From contig JBHGNT010000001.1 in assembly GCA_043228905.1 (NCBI GenBank), positions 24,242,001 through 24,306,000 of the forward strand: a stretch of 64,000 bases of DNA, read 5' to 3'. Of this stretch, positions 10,335-23,704 are shown one piece after another (position 1 is the first letter of the stretch; each line of letters starts with the position of its first letter). The notes below the pieces were generated by a model. It made no database searches and was not told where the DNA came from. It saw only the letters and a list, made by a program, of their open reading frames with translations. The DNA is from Azolla caroliniana. Its lineage: Eukaryota > Plantae > Polypodiophyta. Made by a program: the position numbers and the translations under genes.

Positions 10335-13020
10335 CATATATAAATACATGCATACATACATACAATATAATCAACCATATATGTGTGTGTGTGTGTGTGT
10401 GTGTATACTACACATTCTTACAAACATATTTTATAGAGTACATATTATACACATATATCATTATACACACAATTATATGCAACTACATATATGTATACAT
10501 ACATACCAAACACAAAAAATATACATAAATAAATAAATTACGTATTATATATACATACACATACACATACAAATTAATACATAAGATTACATATTATATG
10601 TATTACAAATTTCCACACGTACAAACAAGTTACATATATTATATTATATATATGTATATATACATACACGCACATGCACACACACACACATAAATAAATT
10701 AGATATTACATATCATATAATCCATACATATTAACAATAAACAAATTTACATACACATACATACATACATTACATATATACATATATTACATATGCACAT
10801 ACATATTCCACACATCACCATATATATAGATTATACGAAACCATGCAAACTACATTACTTACATATACACACACACATTAGATATATGCATACTTACACA
10901 TACATCAGATATATACATGCATATTACATACATACATCCATATACGAGCCATACACATACTAAACATGAAAATATCCCGAAAATATACATACATAAATAC
11001 ATTACATATATACACATACATACATTCATACATGTACATACATATCACCATATACACACATATATACACATACATACATTAAATATATGCATACATATTA
11101 CAAACACACATCCATGCACATTGCCTCATGTACATTGACATATGCATATATGCAGTGCACACACCCACACACATCCATGCACATTGACTCGTGTACATTG
11201 ACATATGCACATATGCACACACATACAGACATTACATATGTAAATACATATTCCATATATATGCATACAATATACATACACACACATTGGATATATGTAT
11301 ACTTTTACACATACATTGGACATATGCATATATATTATGTGTATATTGCAAACATACATCCTTATATGAGCCATACACATACTAAACACGAAAATACCCT
11401 GAAATTATACATACATAAATACATTACAAATTACATATATACACATACGTACATGTACATGTACGTACATATATTCATTTATCCATTGCTACATTTATAT
11501 ACGTACATATGCCTACAATGTTACACATATAAATTTTACAAACATACATCTATACACATATATACATACATTATATACATGCATACACATACATACATTG
11601 CATATGTATATTACATACACATACATACATACATTACATATGTACATAGATATCATCACATATGCACACACACACACATGGTCATACACACTATAAAAGT
11701 ACATATATACATACATTAGATATATATACATAGATATCATGCACATATTACAATCACACATCCATACACATTGAATTGTGTACATTGACATATGTATATA
11801 TGCATACACATATGTACATTCGTACATGGACATATATGTATTCATTCATACATACATACACGTTCCATATATTAGATATATACACATATGTACATTCATA
11901 CATGTACATATATATATTCATACATACACTAAATAGTACATATATACATACATATAGATATTATGCACATATTGCAATCACACATAGATACATACATACC
12001 ATATGCATATATGCATGCACATATGTACATTAGTACATGGACATACATATATTCATTTATACATTGCTACATATACATGCATACACATACATTAGATATT
12101 TACATAGATATTATGCACATGTTACAATCACACATCCATACACATTGAATCATGTGCATTGACATATGCATATACACATACATACACACATACGAACATA
12201 CATACATTACATATGCATACACACATGTACATTCGCTTATTGACATACATATATTCATTCATACATTGCTACACGCATATACGCACACATGGCTACAATG
12301 ATACACGTATAAATTTTACAAACATACATCATTCCCTGAAAATATGCATAGACAAATACATGTTATAAATCCGTACAATGTTACACATATATACATACAC
12401 ATGCCTTCCATGGTGATACATGTATAAATGTTACAAACTTACATCCATCCATCTGTACATACATACATACATACATACATACATACATACATACACGCAA
12501 GCACAAAACACATACCTCACATACTCACATGCCATACACACGATACAATATGTACATACATACACACATGCCATACATACAATATACACAATACAATACA
12601 ATATGTACACACACACACACACACATCCATCCATCTGTACATACATACATACATACATACACGCAAGCACAAAACACATACCTCACATACTCACATGCCA
12701 TACACACGATACAATATGTACATACATACACACATGCCATACATACAATATACACAATACAATACAATATGTACACACACACACACACACAATATGTACA
12801 TACATACACACATGCCATACATACAATATACACAATACAATACAATATGTACACACACACACACACACACAAAAGACATCTGCATATACACACCTACACA
12901 TGCACATATATACAACACACACACACACATAACAAATACATACATGTACATATAATACATACAATCGACGCTAATTGTTTGAAAAAGCGGGGGAAGATTA
13001 CAAATTTACATATGTACATA
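10335..13020. repeat. Degenerate (TACA/CA/TA)n low-complexity tract, continuing at 3640-3852 on the other side of the L1, with a ~180-bp internal tandem duplication at 12440-12870
   Basis: Direct inspection; the H/T/Y/I and C/V/M/Y ORFs here are artefacts of the repeat. Confidence 0.9.
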
Positions 13021-13057
13021 CGTGTGTTATGTTTTTGCAGAAAGTTAAGGGGGGGAA

Positions 13058-13088
<31 letters not shown>

Positions 13089-13093
<5 letters not shown>

Positions 13094-14885
13094 AAGAAAG
13101 AAAGAAAGATATATTAACGTCTTCTAAGGCCAAAATTGGCCCATGAGACAAATGGTGTACAACAAAAATGGGATATTTACCCATTCATCGAAAGTAAAAA
13201 TAAAAATAAGATAAAATAGAGTTTAAGCTAAATAGTTCTAAGAAAACAACAAACATGTTCTATATAAAAAACATGTTCTACAATGAGAATGATTCTATAC
13301 TAGGCCTAATTTCATTTCCATCCAAGTCTCTCGAAGAGAAGCGGGGGGTCAAAGGGTTGCCATGATGTGGATGTGGCCCGTGGTCCCCATGTAAGAGGTA
13401 CCCCAACCATAGCTTCGAGTCGACGTAGCTCACGTTCCCTTATCTTCTTAATCTTTTCTACTCCACGTTGACTTGTGTTGAAGCCCAACATCCGAGGACG
13501 TTTGGTTGCTCTTTGTATTTCTGCTTCCTCAAGGGAGAGGCCGAGCGGCATAAGTGTATCCACATTCATCGTCTCCCCATGTTCCTGAAAAATTACACTA
13601 GGTACATGTTGATGAGTAGTAAAAGGGTTATGATTAACACTTTGTAATTTATCCTCCCTATGTTGTTTTAGCTCTAAGATATACCTACCTAGTCTCTTTA
13701 CACTCGGGGTATCTAATAGTTTGGAGAGGGTGGGAGAGGGTCCTAGTATGTCTTGGTATTCCGCCCGTATCTCGGCATAAGTTGGGCACTTGCATGTGAA
13801 GTGATACTCATCCTCTATCTCTATGTGGCATAACCTACATAGCCTTTCCTCTCTAGGGACTCTATTAGCTCGACCATTCTCAATCTCAAGTTGGTGAGAT
13901 GATATCCTAAGTTGTCCAATGGCCACCCTTAGTGCATTTGATAAGAAAGTATCTAGGTATCTTGGTCGTGTAATAAACCCTAACTTAGAGAAGTGCAAGA
14001 AGTGTTCCTTATAGTACACCATTTTAGATGGGAGTGGCTCTCGTGGGGTGATCCATTTGTATCGAGTGTAGATTTGCCATATTTCTTGGCGTATCACTTT
14101 ATTACGATCTTCACGAGAGATTAAAGTTTGATCAGTCCCATGGTTGTACTTAAGGGGAGGTAGGTTATTAATGTCTATGCCATTTGCAAATAACCAACTC
14201 ACCACAATGCTATACCAAGAGTTGGTGTCTCCAGACACATGTAAGGATCGGGATGCCTCAAAGGCTCGACGGGATATCCTATCTTGTGGTTGACTATGTA
14301 TCCGATGAATAAAAGCTACCACTTGAAAGAGTGCTTCTACTAACATCGGGGGTAGGCTAAACTCCGCTCTAATAATGTCATGTGGTACTGTCGATTTGCT
14401 TCGGAGTTGACATGATAACATCACCACTAAAGGTCTCTCCAATTGCGTCCACATGAAAGATGGTAGACCTGGAGCCCATACTACTGATGCATACATGAGG
14501 GACGGGGTCACTAATGAGTCGAAAAGCCATCCCTTAGTCCGTGGCTCTTGAAAGTATGCTTGGTGGCATTGTCTCTCTAAGAGTGAGAGGGATGCATATC
14601 CTCTCGTTAGCCTATCTTTGGCTGCCTGGGTCATCGAGAATTTACCTGAGCGAGCACTAAAAGTGACTCCCAAGTATACATAAGATCCCACCACCTCAAC
14701 TAGTTTATGAGAGAGGATGAGGTGACATTTACTCCTAACTCTGGACGATGTATGAAAGATAAGGACTTTAGTTTTCGCTAGATTCACTACCAGTCCTCGT
14801 TGTGTACAAAAGTCATCTAGGGCATTAAGATGCTTTTGTAGGTCGTGTTCCGACTCCGAGAGCAAGACAATGTCGTCTGCGTAGA

Positions 14886-14890
<5 letters not shown>
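13089..14890 (-). mobile_element. 5'-truncated RTE-group (RTEX-like) LINE, family A copy 1; ORF remnant uninterrupted from YADD to the stop at 13312
   Basis: LLYADD, KTKVLIF, YVYLGV motifs and C-terminal LRISSHQLEIENGR..RLCRLC..EDEYHF..CPTY. 3' tail is (CTTT)n; both ends abut (GA)n. Confidence 0.85.
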
Positions 14891-14926
<36 letters not shown>

Positions 14927-17900
14927 CAATCATGAAGCGATTGAGAAGGGATGGACACAACGCGGCCATGGCAAATCGAGATGGAGCCATGGGGGTGGCC
15001 TACCAGCAGGTGACTATGAGTATATCAATGTGATTGTGAGTATATATATGTAGTGATCCGTCTTGCCATTTTGAAACAGATTGCCCGAACACCTGAAACA
15101 GATTGTCAAGACCGTGTGTGCATCTGTGAAGAGGTCATTGAAAGATCAGGGCACCCACCTCCTCCCGCATCACGCCCAAAAGCTCAAAAGACGATCTCTT
15201 AGGGCTCGGACTAGGGTTAGGGTTCATTCACGCGCAGGCCGATCTCCAACCCGTTGCGATGAAGCAAGAAATGGATATCTCCTTCTTTAAGGCTCGGGCT
15301 CGAGCAGCCGCCACGATGTTGTCTTCATGTGCGTTTGCGGCCGCTGTATCGACAAAGACTGGTTTCAATCAAGACCCACAAGCAGCTGCCATGGAGGCCG
15401 CTTTATACGGCCCCAAGACTGCCGATGCACTCGGGAAGGTGTCATCGCGTTCGGGCCTCTCGGTGGCCCTCAAGCTGCAGAATTCGGGAGTAGTGTTTCA
15501 GAGTCTTGATACGATTGCTAATATTATGGTTGGGAAGTATTAGAAAATGGATCCAGTTCATCTGGCCATGATTAGGGTAAATCCAACCAAAGCCATGTGG
15601 TTCAACAATCACCATCCCATCATGGATATGTATGATAGAGAGTTTTTTGTATCGTATTTTTGGTTGTACAAAAGAGGAACCAGCCCTAGGCCTAGCCCTA
15701 ACTTGATCTCTCTCCATCCCCACCCCTGTTAGGGGAAAATAGAGACCTGCTTTTTTGGTTTTGTGAAGAGAACTTTTTCCTTGTCTTCCATAGTGAGTAA
15801 AAAAGATTGGCCACATATGGAATGCTTTTGCTTCTTGTTTTTTGTAGCAAGCGTTTTTTGGGTGAGTAATTAAGGATATATGATGAGAGAGAGAGAGAGA
15901 GAGAGAGAAGAAGACAGATTGACTGAGACGAGGCAGCAGAAAGAAGAAGAATGGAAGAAGCAGGATAGAGATGGAGCCCGAGGACGAAGGAGGGATATGG
16001 TATGGCCAAGTTTTTATCTGGTTTATTTCTCTTTTGGCTCACGTTGGAGAAAGAGGCACAATCTTGACTTTAACCTGGTCTATTTCTCTTTTGGCCAAGT
16101 GCGTTGATTGCTTGTAAATTTAGATGTTGCTTTAATTTTACTTTTTGGTTTCAAATCTCTACTGGATGAATTAATTGTGCTATTTCTTTTGTTCAAATTC
16201 TCCTAATGATTTGTATGCCACAATAGGATTCTAAGTTGTTGCTTTCTCCTCTTCTTAAGTTTTGTACTAATGCTGGTAACTCAATTTCCATGTTTCAATG
16301 GAATCTCAATTTACGGCTGGTTTGGTCTATTCAATGTTGACACTAAATCTTTTATCATTAGGTGTGTCATTTCATCATGCACTATTTGCACCTAGCCTTT
16401 CATCCTATAGTAATGTGACTATTGACTTGAACTCTCCCAAAAGCAACGATAAAGAGGACTTGTCATGGCAGCTTGCAATACAAAAAGTGTGGGAAAATCT
16501 TATCCAAGCACAAAGAGAAGGTAGATTTGGACTAAGAAATACAAATGTATTGTATATGAACACATTTGTTTAAGAAGCGTCACCTCTACTACAACAACAG
16601 GAAATCTTGCTATAACTCAGCAGACATTACGTCCTAAAGACATCCTTTCTAGGCATGAGGCATTGAAGAAAGAAAATGATCTCTTTGGTGGACTGCCAAG
16701 TAGTGAGTTGCCTTCATTGCCAATTTTCCTCGACCTTCTCTGTCAATATGCTCGAGAACATTTGGGACTTCAGCTACAGGTTTTCTCTAATTTCCTCTAA
16801 TGTAGTTGGCTTAGTGTTCAATTTATTATCTGACAAATTGTTTGACCTAGAATTTGACTTATTTTTCATGAAATTTAGGTGGAAGATGTGATTTGGAAAT
16901 GCCATCAATGGTACATATTAGATATTTTATGATACCAACCAATGGATTAGTCTAGAAGATCTAGGAGCATAGATGAATAGGTGTCTGAAGTGGACACCCT
17001 TCATTATGAGATTAATAGCTGAAATCCTCAAAGTAGAGGAGTATATCATCAATGGCCGAAGTGTTGGTAGAATATGTATGGATATTAGCGATGGATGCAA
17101 AATTCTGGATCATAGAGAAAACATTGAAATTTGATCCATCAAGTCATTTGTAACATCTTCTGTTCCGTTACATAGCATAATTATAAAGACACAATGGAAA
17201 TTGTAAGAAGTCAAATTACTCTGACAAGAAAAAAGTTAGAACATAATCAGTGTTAGTGGTCTTAAATTTCAATGATGGTTTAGGTCAAATCCATATCCTA
17301 TGTTCTAGTAAAGCTTAATTATTCTCATTTATAGTTTGTATTAAATTGAGAGTGGGTGGTAAGTTTCAGAAAGGACTTTTCCTCAAATGAAACTTTTCTA
17401 AAGATAAATTAGGAATGTTCCAATGAAATGTTAACCTTCAGTATTTGTTCTGGGGATCTTAAACGTGTTTTTCAGCATTGTGTACTGAGATTCTCCATCA
17501 TTCTTAGTCTGAAACTCTTTTCTTTGTTGCATATATAGATGTGGAAAGATGCCTAGGTTGGAATTTCAGTTTGTAAGCATAATTATCTTTTAATTTCATG
17601 ATAAGGTTGTAAGCGTACAAGAATTACTCTACTGTTGACAAAGGTTCCCCTTATTGGATTTTATAGATGGGTTTCCAAAGTGTGGATCTACCTCCAATCC
17701 TAAGCACATGATCTTTGTTCACAAGAGCGATTCCATAAGCCATGCAAAACATGACATTTGTCATACTCTATCAAACCTCATTGGCATTTATAACAGGTAT
17801 TGTTAGACTATTTTAATTGCTTTAGTAATACATTTTTTGCATATTTAAAATTTCACAAGTCCGCCCATACAATAACATAGATACTCCAATCTTCTATCTT

Positions 17901-19338
17901 GCAGTCCAACAATGGACCTTGGAAAATTGAATGTAGCAATGCCCAAACCAGAAAAGTAGTGGCACTGATACTAAGGTTTGAGACGCCATATCGAACCATA
18001 CATTAGTGATTTTGGCGACACTAAGATGTGAAGCCTAATGACTTGATGTGCCCTTACAAATTGCCATTTTTAAGCAAAGAAAAGCTTGATTTTTTAGCAG
18101 GTATTTTTGAAAAGAAAAAGGGCATTGTTCATCTATCCAAATGTTTTATTTGTTTGATTATGAACAATGATATGTAGAAGGAATGTTACAATCCTAAAGT
18201 TCACATATTATTACTAGGGAAGTACAGATGACATCATCAATAAAGAGAGCGGCTTCAAGCATAGAAGCAAAATGTCTCCAAAACAAATTGTGAAAAAGTA
18301 TTTTCCACAAATTCAAAATTCCCAAACTCTTCAAATGAGTTCTTGTTTGAACAAACCATTGGGCTCATCAAATATATCAAAAGATGTAGAACAGATTTTG
18401 CCACAAAGAAGATTACATTCCACATATTGCTCAGAGTCCTCAAAGTCTTCATATTAGCTCTGCTTTGGTACCACAATTGGGCTCATCCAATGTTGGAAGA
18501 TGCAGAACACATTTTGAAATATCAATCCTATATTAAGGCAAGGATATATGAAAACTTTATAGCACCTATTTGCCCTTCATCATGTTGGCAAGCATACAAT
18601 GGAAGGGTTGTCAGAAGAGACAATTAATCATACCATGCAATAAGTTTCAGAGGTTCACCATGAGTATATATTAAGTACGAGGAAATCTATTGTTAATTAT
18701 ATACTTCAAATTTCGGCATTGTCTATCCTGATTTAATTATCTTAAAAGCACTTGTATTATATTATAAATCGTTAAGGCAATGTCAAGACTCGATTCTAAA
18801 AGAGTAATTTCCTACCCACAATGGGATAAGTTAGGGCAAGATAGACTTGGACTTACAGATATAGAAAAGGTCCTTTAAGTAATGACGTCATATTTTGCAA
18901 GATCCCACATGATCTAGATTTTAATACCAAAGTGGTGAGAGTTGTTTTCTTGAATGCACATGGGGGCAATGTTAAGATCATTGAACATACTACAACCATT
19001 AACTTTAGAGGTTGCATATGCATAATACATAGATACATACACACATGCCATAGATCTAAGATATATAACGGATACAATAGAATAAATACGTAAATAAACA
19101 TGGAATATAATATAATACATACATTCAATATAATACATACATATGAACATATGCAATACAACACAATATGTACATATACACACATGTATAAACCATAAAT
19201 GTGTCTTACGTAAGGGCATTTAAAATGAGTTGTTGCCAAAATATATATTCACACTAAGGGGTATTTTTATTAACCAATTTTTTATAAAAGGGTATCTAAA
19301 ATTGCAAAAACCATATGTATAAGGGGTTTATAAAAGAT

Positions 19339-19683
19339 GTCATGAACGCACGTGATACAACCTCTTTATATATAGTGGAGCCCCTGGGGCTCACACGCTT
19401 GTCTGCCGGGTCTGAGAATGGCACACACGGCCCAAATCGACTGTCAATTTCGTGTGGTTCTTCACCCGCTACTTGTGCGCAAAGTTCAGCATCAGACCCC
19501 CGGCCCCTCCCTTCGTACGTTGCCAAGAACGCTTCCGCAAGATCACTATTCCAGGCCAACTCGAGCGCCTTCGCCTCCCCAAACGCGACTTTTTACGAAA
19601 GGTACACCAAGGCGAACATGCACGGCCACCGGCGCACAAACTACCCCCGATCACCCACGTGTCAGCCGAAGCTAACCTCGACA
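19339..19683. mobile_element. LTR-like segment (TGTCATGA...CTCGACA) adjoining the broken end of the Tcn1-like element
   Basis: TG..CA ends with an imperfect terminal inverted repeat and a TATA-like motif near 19365-19374. No matching TSD (aaaga vs cccca). Confidence 0.4.
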
Positions 19684-19687
19684 CCCC

Positions 19688-21651
19688 AGAGGTGCTCTAG
19701 ACTACTAATTATATTAAAAGATATTTCACATGTAAAATGATCTAGGACAACATGAATAGGCTTTGACTCTTCTACGATATTTCCAAAAGCAATGGGGCAA
19801 CCATCAATGACTACTATAGAGGTTGGGCAAGGAAGCTTTCTTAGGGATCTCTCATGAACTTGAGCAAAATTCCTATCCATGAAGCAAGAATTGGCTCCGG
19901 TATCTAAGAGTGCTAAGACATGTACTCGAGGGTTGCTTTTAGTACTAACTTCTACCTTAGCTGAGAATACCTGGCTAATTTTCTTAGAAGAAATGGAACC
20001 ACTAATGGGCTACACAAATCTAGGGTTGTTCAACCAAACTGCACCTATTTTGGATGGACTTAATCTTTAACTCTTCTTTTAGTTGACTGAGGACTTAAAA
20101 TTTGTTTGATAAACTTGGGCTACTAAGATTAGCAGACACTCCAAACTCAGGTTTAGTACTAGCAACTACTTGATTTACCTATCTTTTTGGCCTATGGGGA
20201 CAATTTACTGCAATATGCCTTGGTCCACCGCAATATAGACATAGGCGATTTTCTCGGCGTCGTTGCTTTTCCTCTTCCGAAAATGGTCCACGACGATGTG
20301 TGGTGTCGATTTCCATTGGTGTGGGCATATTTGCTAGAGACGCATTATATGACTCTTTTGCGAAAAGTTTTGCTACGACTAAGGCATGTGTGGAATCCGA
20401 CCTTGTCCTCAACATTTGTAACTAACATTCTGAACTTCGTTCGAAAAACCGATTATCGCATCATACCGCTTGACTGATTGCCTTTGTAAGCGACTTCAGT
20501 TCTTCAGGGAAAGTTAGGAGTAAGTCTTTGACATCATTACGCAGGCCATATTGAAACAGCTCCATCAATGCTCTGTCATCCCATGGAATATTGATGGTGA
20601 GTAGATGGAAATCTGCAACATAAGCTGAGGTCAGATGATCACCTTGACGCGGTCTTCGGATTTTATTGATTTCCATCCTAACACTATCAGTATTTCCAAA
20701 TAATGCTTTAAACTCGCCAATAAACTCCTTGAAATTATTTAACAAAGGAGATCCTTCCTCTAACAAAGGAGCGAACCATGCTAAGCTATATGTCAACTAA
20801 GTAAGGTGCCTACTAGTCCCACTCATGATGCATCGGTGGGATACCGAGAATGATGCATTTGAATCACTAAGCATACCTGATTTAGGAACCCTTTGTACTG
20901 TGATCATGTTCCATTGAATTTCATGGGAAGCCCAATCTTGGGTTCTTTAGTGATCCCTTGAGTACTCGGTCCTTGTTGCAACGACACGATAGTTTCTTCT
21001 AGTTGTTGCACACGTAATGCTAGTTTTCTATGTTGTTGTTGCGTTTGCTGCTTTTATACAAAGATTTGGTGAAGATCCCCCAACAAAAGTTGATTTTCTT
21101 GTTCCAGTGCTATAAATTTTTCTTTCAAACATCGAAGCTCCAAGAAGACGGGTTGGTATTCTTGTGCACTAATAGTTGCCATTTAGTATGAGAGGAAGGA
21201 AAGATAAGAAGATTAGTATTAGAGGAAGGGAGGATAACAAGATGGGATAAATTCAGTTCAAACTATCAAGAATTGTACTAGAAGTAGAGAGAATTAGTAT
21301 AGAGATGTAGAGAAGAGAGGAAAGATTGTGTGAGGATCACGAGAGAGAGAGAGAGAGAAAGAGATAGAGTGTGGAAGAGAGAAGTATGATAACAGAAAAT
21401 ATATTATATGAAGAAAAGTACAAAGATAGCTATGAGGCTTAAGACCAGTTCTCAATAATGCCATGTGCCTTTTTTTATAGTGTTATGAAGGGTATTCCTA
21501 AAGTTTCTAGAATGTTCCAGGGTAATCTAAAATATACATTAATTTACTATAATGAAATAATAAAGGAAACATTGCGTAGCTTAATGGTATGGCTTCAACT
21601 TGTGTAACATAAGGTCACGGGTTCAAATCATTTTAGAGCCATATCATGACA
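19688..21651 (-). mobile_element. Degenerate Ty3/gypsy chromovirus (Tcn1-like) copy A: 5' LTR (21264-21651), gag, protease; 3'-truncated
   Basis: Gag ALAWFAP-like motif, PMEID, CLYCGGPRHIAVNC; protease ALLDTGANSCF; LTR starts TGTCATGA on the minus strand; homologous to the copy at 57887-61736. Confidence 0.85.
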
Positions 21652-22380
21652 GTATGCATCCAAAATTCTTTGAATCCCTTCGTAAGCTTTTGCATATCTC
21701 TTAAAGTATTTGTAAAAAGCACTATATCATTCACATACAATAAAATCATGATGACAACAACTCCAACGACAACTTCTTCAACACTATTTTCCTTTACAAA
21801 CATGGAAACCATTTGTTCTAATTCATTAATGCATCGACCAAATAGAGTTGGTGTAAGTGGGCATCATTGCTTAATACCAATAGTGCTATTCAGGAAATCT
21901 GCTTTTCCATTGCCCATACACACACAATGTATAATCTTCCCATAGATTTGGGAATTGCAAGCATATACTCATTAGGGTTTTTCCATTTGCCTCCATCAAC
22001 TAACAAGGTGATCAATGGTGCTATGGTGTTTTTGAAAGTTAGCTTGTCTATAAGTGCTCTTACCATTTTTCAACCCATGTAGTTACCTTTGATTCAATTA
22101 TAAATCAAAATAGTTTGGCCATTAAGGAGTCAACTACGATGGTTTGATAGTTGTTTACGTTATTTACATCTCCCCCTGTATGTAAAGGTTTGATCAAATT
22201 TTTAGTCCAATCATATAACATGTCATGTTGCAATGCATGATTAAACATATCACTTATCCATGCATGTGCTTCCTTTCTCGTCCATTTGAGCATTTCAGCC
22301 TATATACATTGAAGATCTTGATTGCCTTCGAGAGGCTAACTTCTTAAGTCCTACGCATACATCTTCAACTCTAACGAAGG
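21652..22380 (-). mobile_element. Degenerate RTE/RTEX-like LINE RT fragment, family B copy 1
   Basis: IKPLHTGGD..NY.TI RT0 motif; nucleotide similarity to 22420-23630; cut by the Tcn1-like LTR at 21651. Confidence 0.75.
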
Positions 22381-22419
22381 GAAACTTATGTAAAAGAGAA
22401 CCATAACACATCATCTTTT

Positions 22420-23630
22420 TGGAAATTTATAATGTGTTAAGCGTGAGCCTCCACATTTGTCCCATGTCATGATACATTGGCGTTGCAAAAAGGCCTCATT
22501 TACAGAGGAATCTAATGATGCATCATGAAGCAAGTGTCTCGCATCCCATCTACCAAACCATTTTTACAAAATTTTGCTTTTATGCGCCTTTTGGATCTTT
22601 TTGCTTGCTTCCCATACAATTCTAGGAAGTCGATGTGAGGGACTTTTTTGAACCTTAAGCATGTATTCAACAACCCTTTCCATGGCAATGACCTCAATGG
22701 AAAGCAATCCCGTCTGAAGGAGGAGGGTGTAGGGCGTTTGTTTCTTAACTTGTAGAAACTTTGTAAGAAAATGTTTTTGGACATTTTCAAACTCTTTCCA
22801 GATAGATTTAGGGATGTTACTGCCCCATACTTCCACCCCATAGAGAAGAACCGGTGTCACCAAAGTGTCGAAAAGATATTTCTCGAGGACCCAACACTTC
22901 ATATCTCCAAGATTGCATGTGTTCTCAAATGCATAATATGCTCGCTTACCCACCTCTAAGCGGCGTGTAGCACATTCATTCCATTTATGATTTGAATGAA
23001 CTTCAAGGCCAAGATATTTTAAGCTTTCCACACATTCAAGTGGCTCATTGTTGTACATAATGCATGGTTTATCTCTTTTTTTGCTCTTCACAAGCATAAT
23101 CTTTGTTTTAGAGCTATTGACACTTAATTTAGTATGCATGGAAATTTTTTCCAATGCCTTCATAAGCTTTTCTGCAGATTCTCCTAAATTATTTGCAAAA
23201 AGCACTACATCATCTGCATATAACAAAAGCATAATCACAACATTCCCAATGGCAGCTTCTTCAACACATTCTTCCTTTGCAAACTTGGTAATCATTTCTT
23301 CCAATTCATCAATGCATAGACCAAATAGTGTTGGTAAGAGTGGGCATCCTTGCTTAACACCAATAGTGCTTTTGAAAAAATCTGAAAGTTTATCTCTCAT
23401 GCACACACAACATATAACCTTCTCATAAATTCGGGAAATTGCAAGTATTTATTCACTTGGCACCTCAAGTTCTTCCATTCACCTCCAAAGATGCTCACGA
23501 GGTACCATATCGAAAGCTTTCTTGAAGTCTAGAAAGCAACAATATAAACCGTTACCTCTAAGGCAACTTTCCTCCATTAATACTCGAAGGGTGACAAGGT
23601 GATCAATGGTGCTATGGTGTTTTCGAAAGC
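22420..23630 (-). mobile_element. RTE/RTEX-like LINE RT fragment, family B copy 2, 5'-truncated at (GA)n
   Basis: GFRKHHSTIDH, FLDFKKAFD, GVKQGCPL, LLYADD, KYLG, PVLLYGVEVWG motifs. Confidence 0.85.
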
Positions 23631-23690
<60 letters not shown>

Positions 23691-23704
23691 TGTGTGTGTG
23701 TGTG

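Noticed and set aside
10325-13184. Many His/Thr/Tyr- or Cys/Val/Met-rich ORFs
   Set aside because: Artefacts of (TACA/CA)n low complexity.
14891-14958. N-terminus MSIPSQ..LSLSLSLS of the 548-aa ORF
   Set aside because: Read-through of flanking DNA and the (CT)n tract; the LINE is 5'-truncated at LLYADD.
16300-18660. Possible decayed L1 endonuclease (IYAP on the minus strand near 16965) or gene exons
   Set aside because: Only one short motif and no consistent frame; cannot be supported without a search.
21570-21640. Functional tRNA genes at the A/B-box cassettes (also 53905-54122 and 61650-61715)
   Set aside because: No convincing acceptor and anticodon stems; reported as tRNA-like promoter modules instead.
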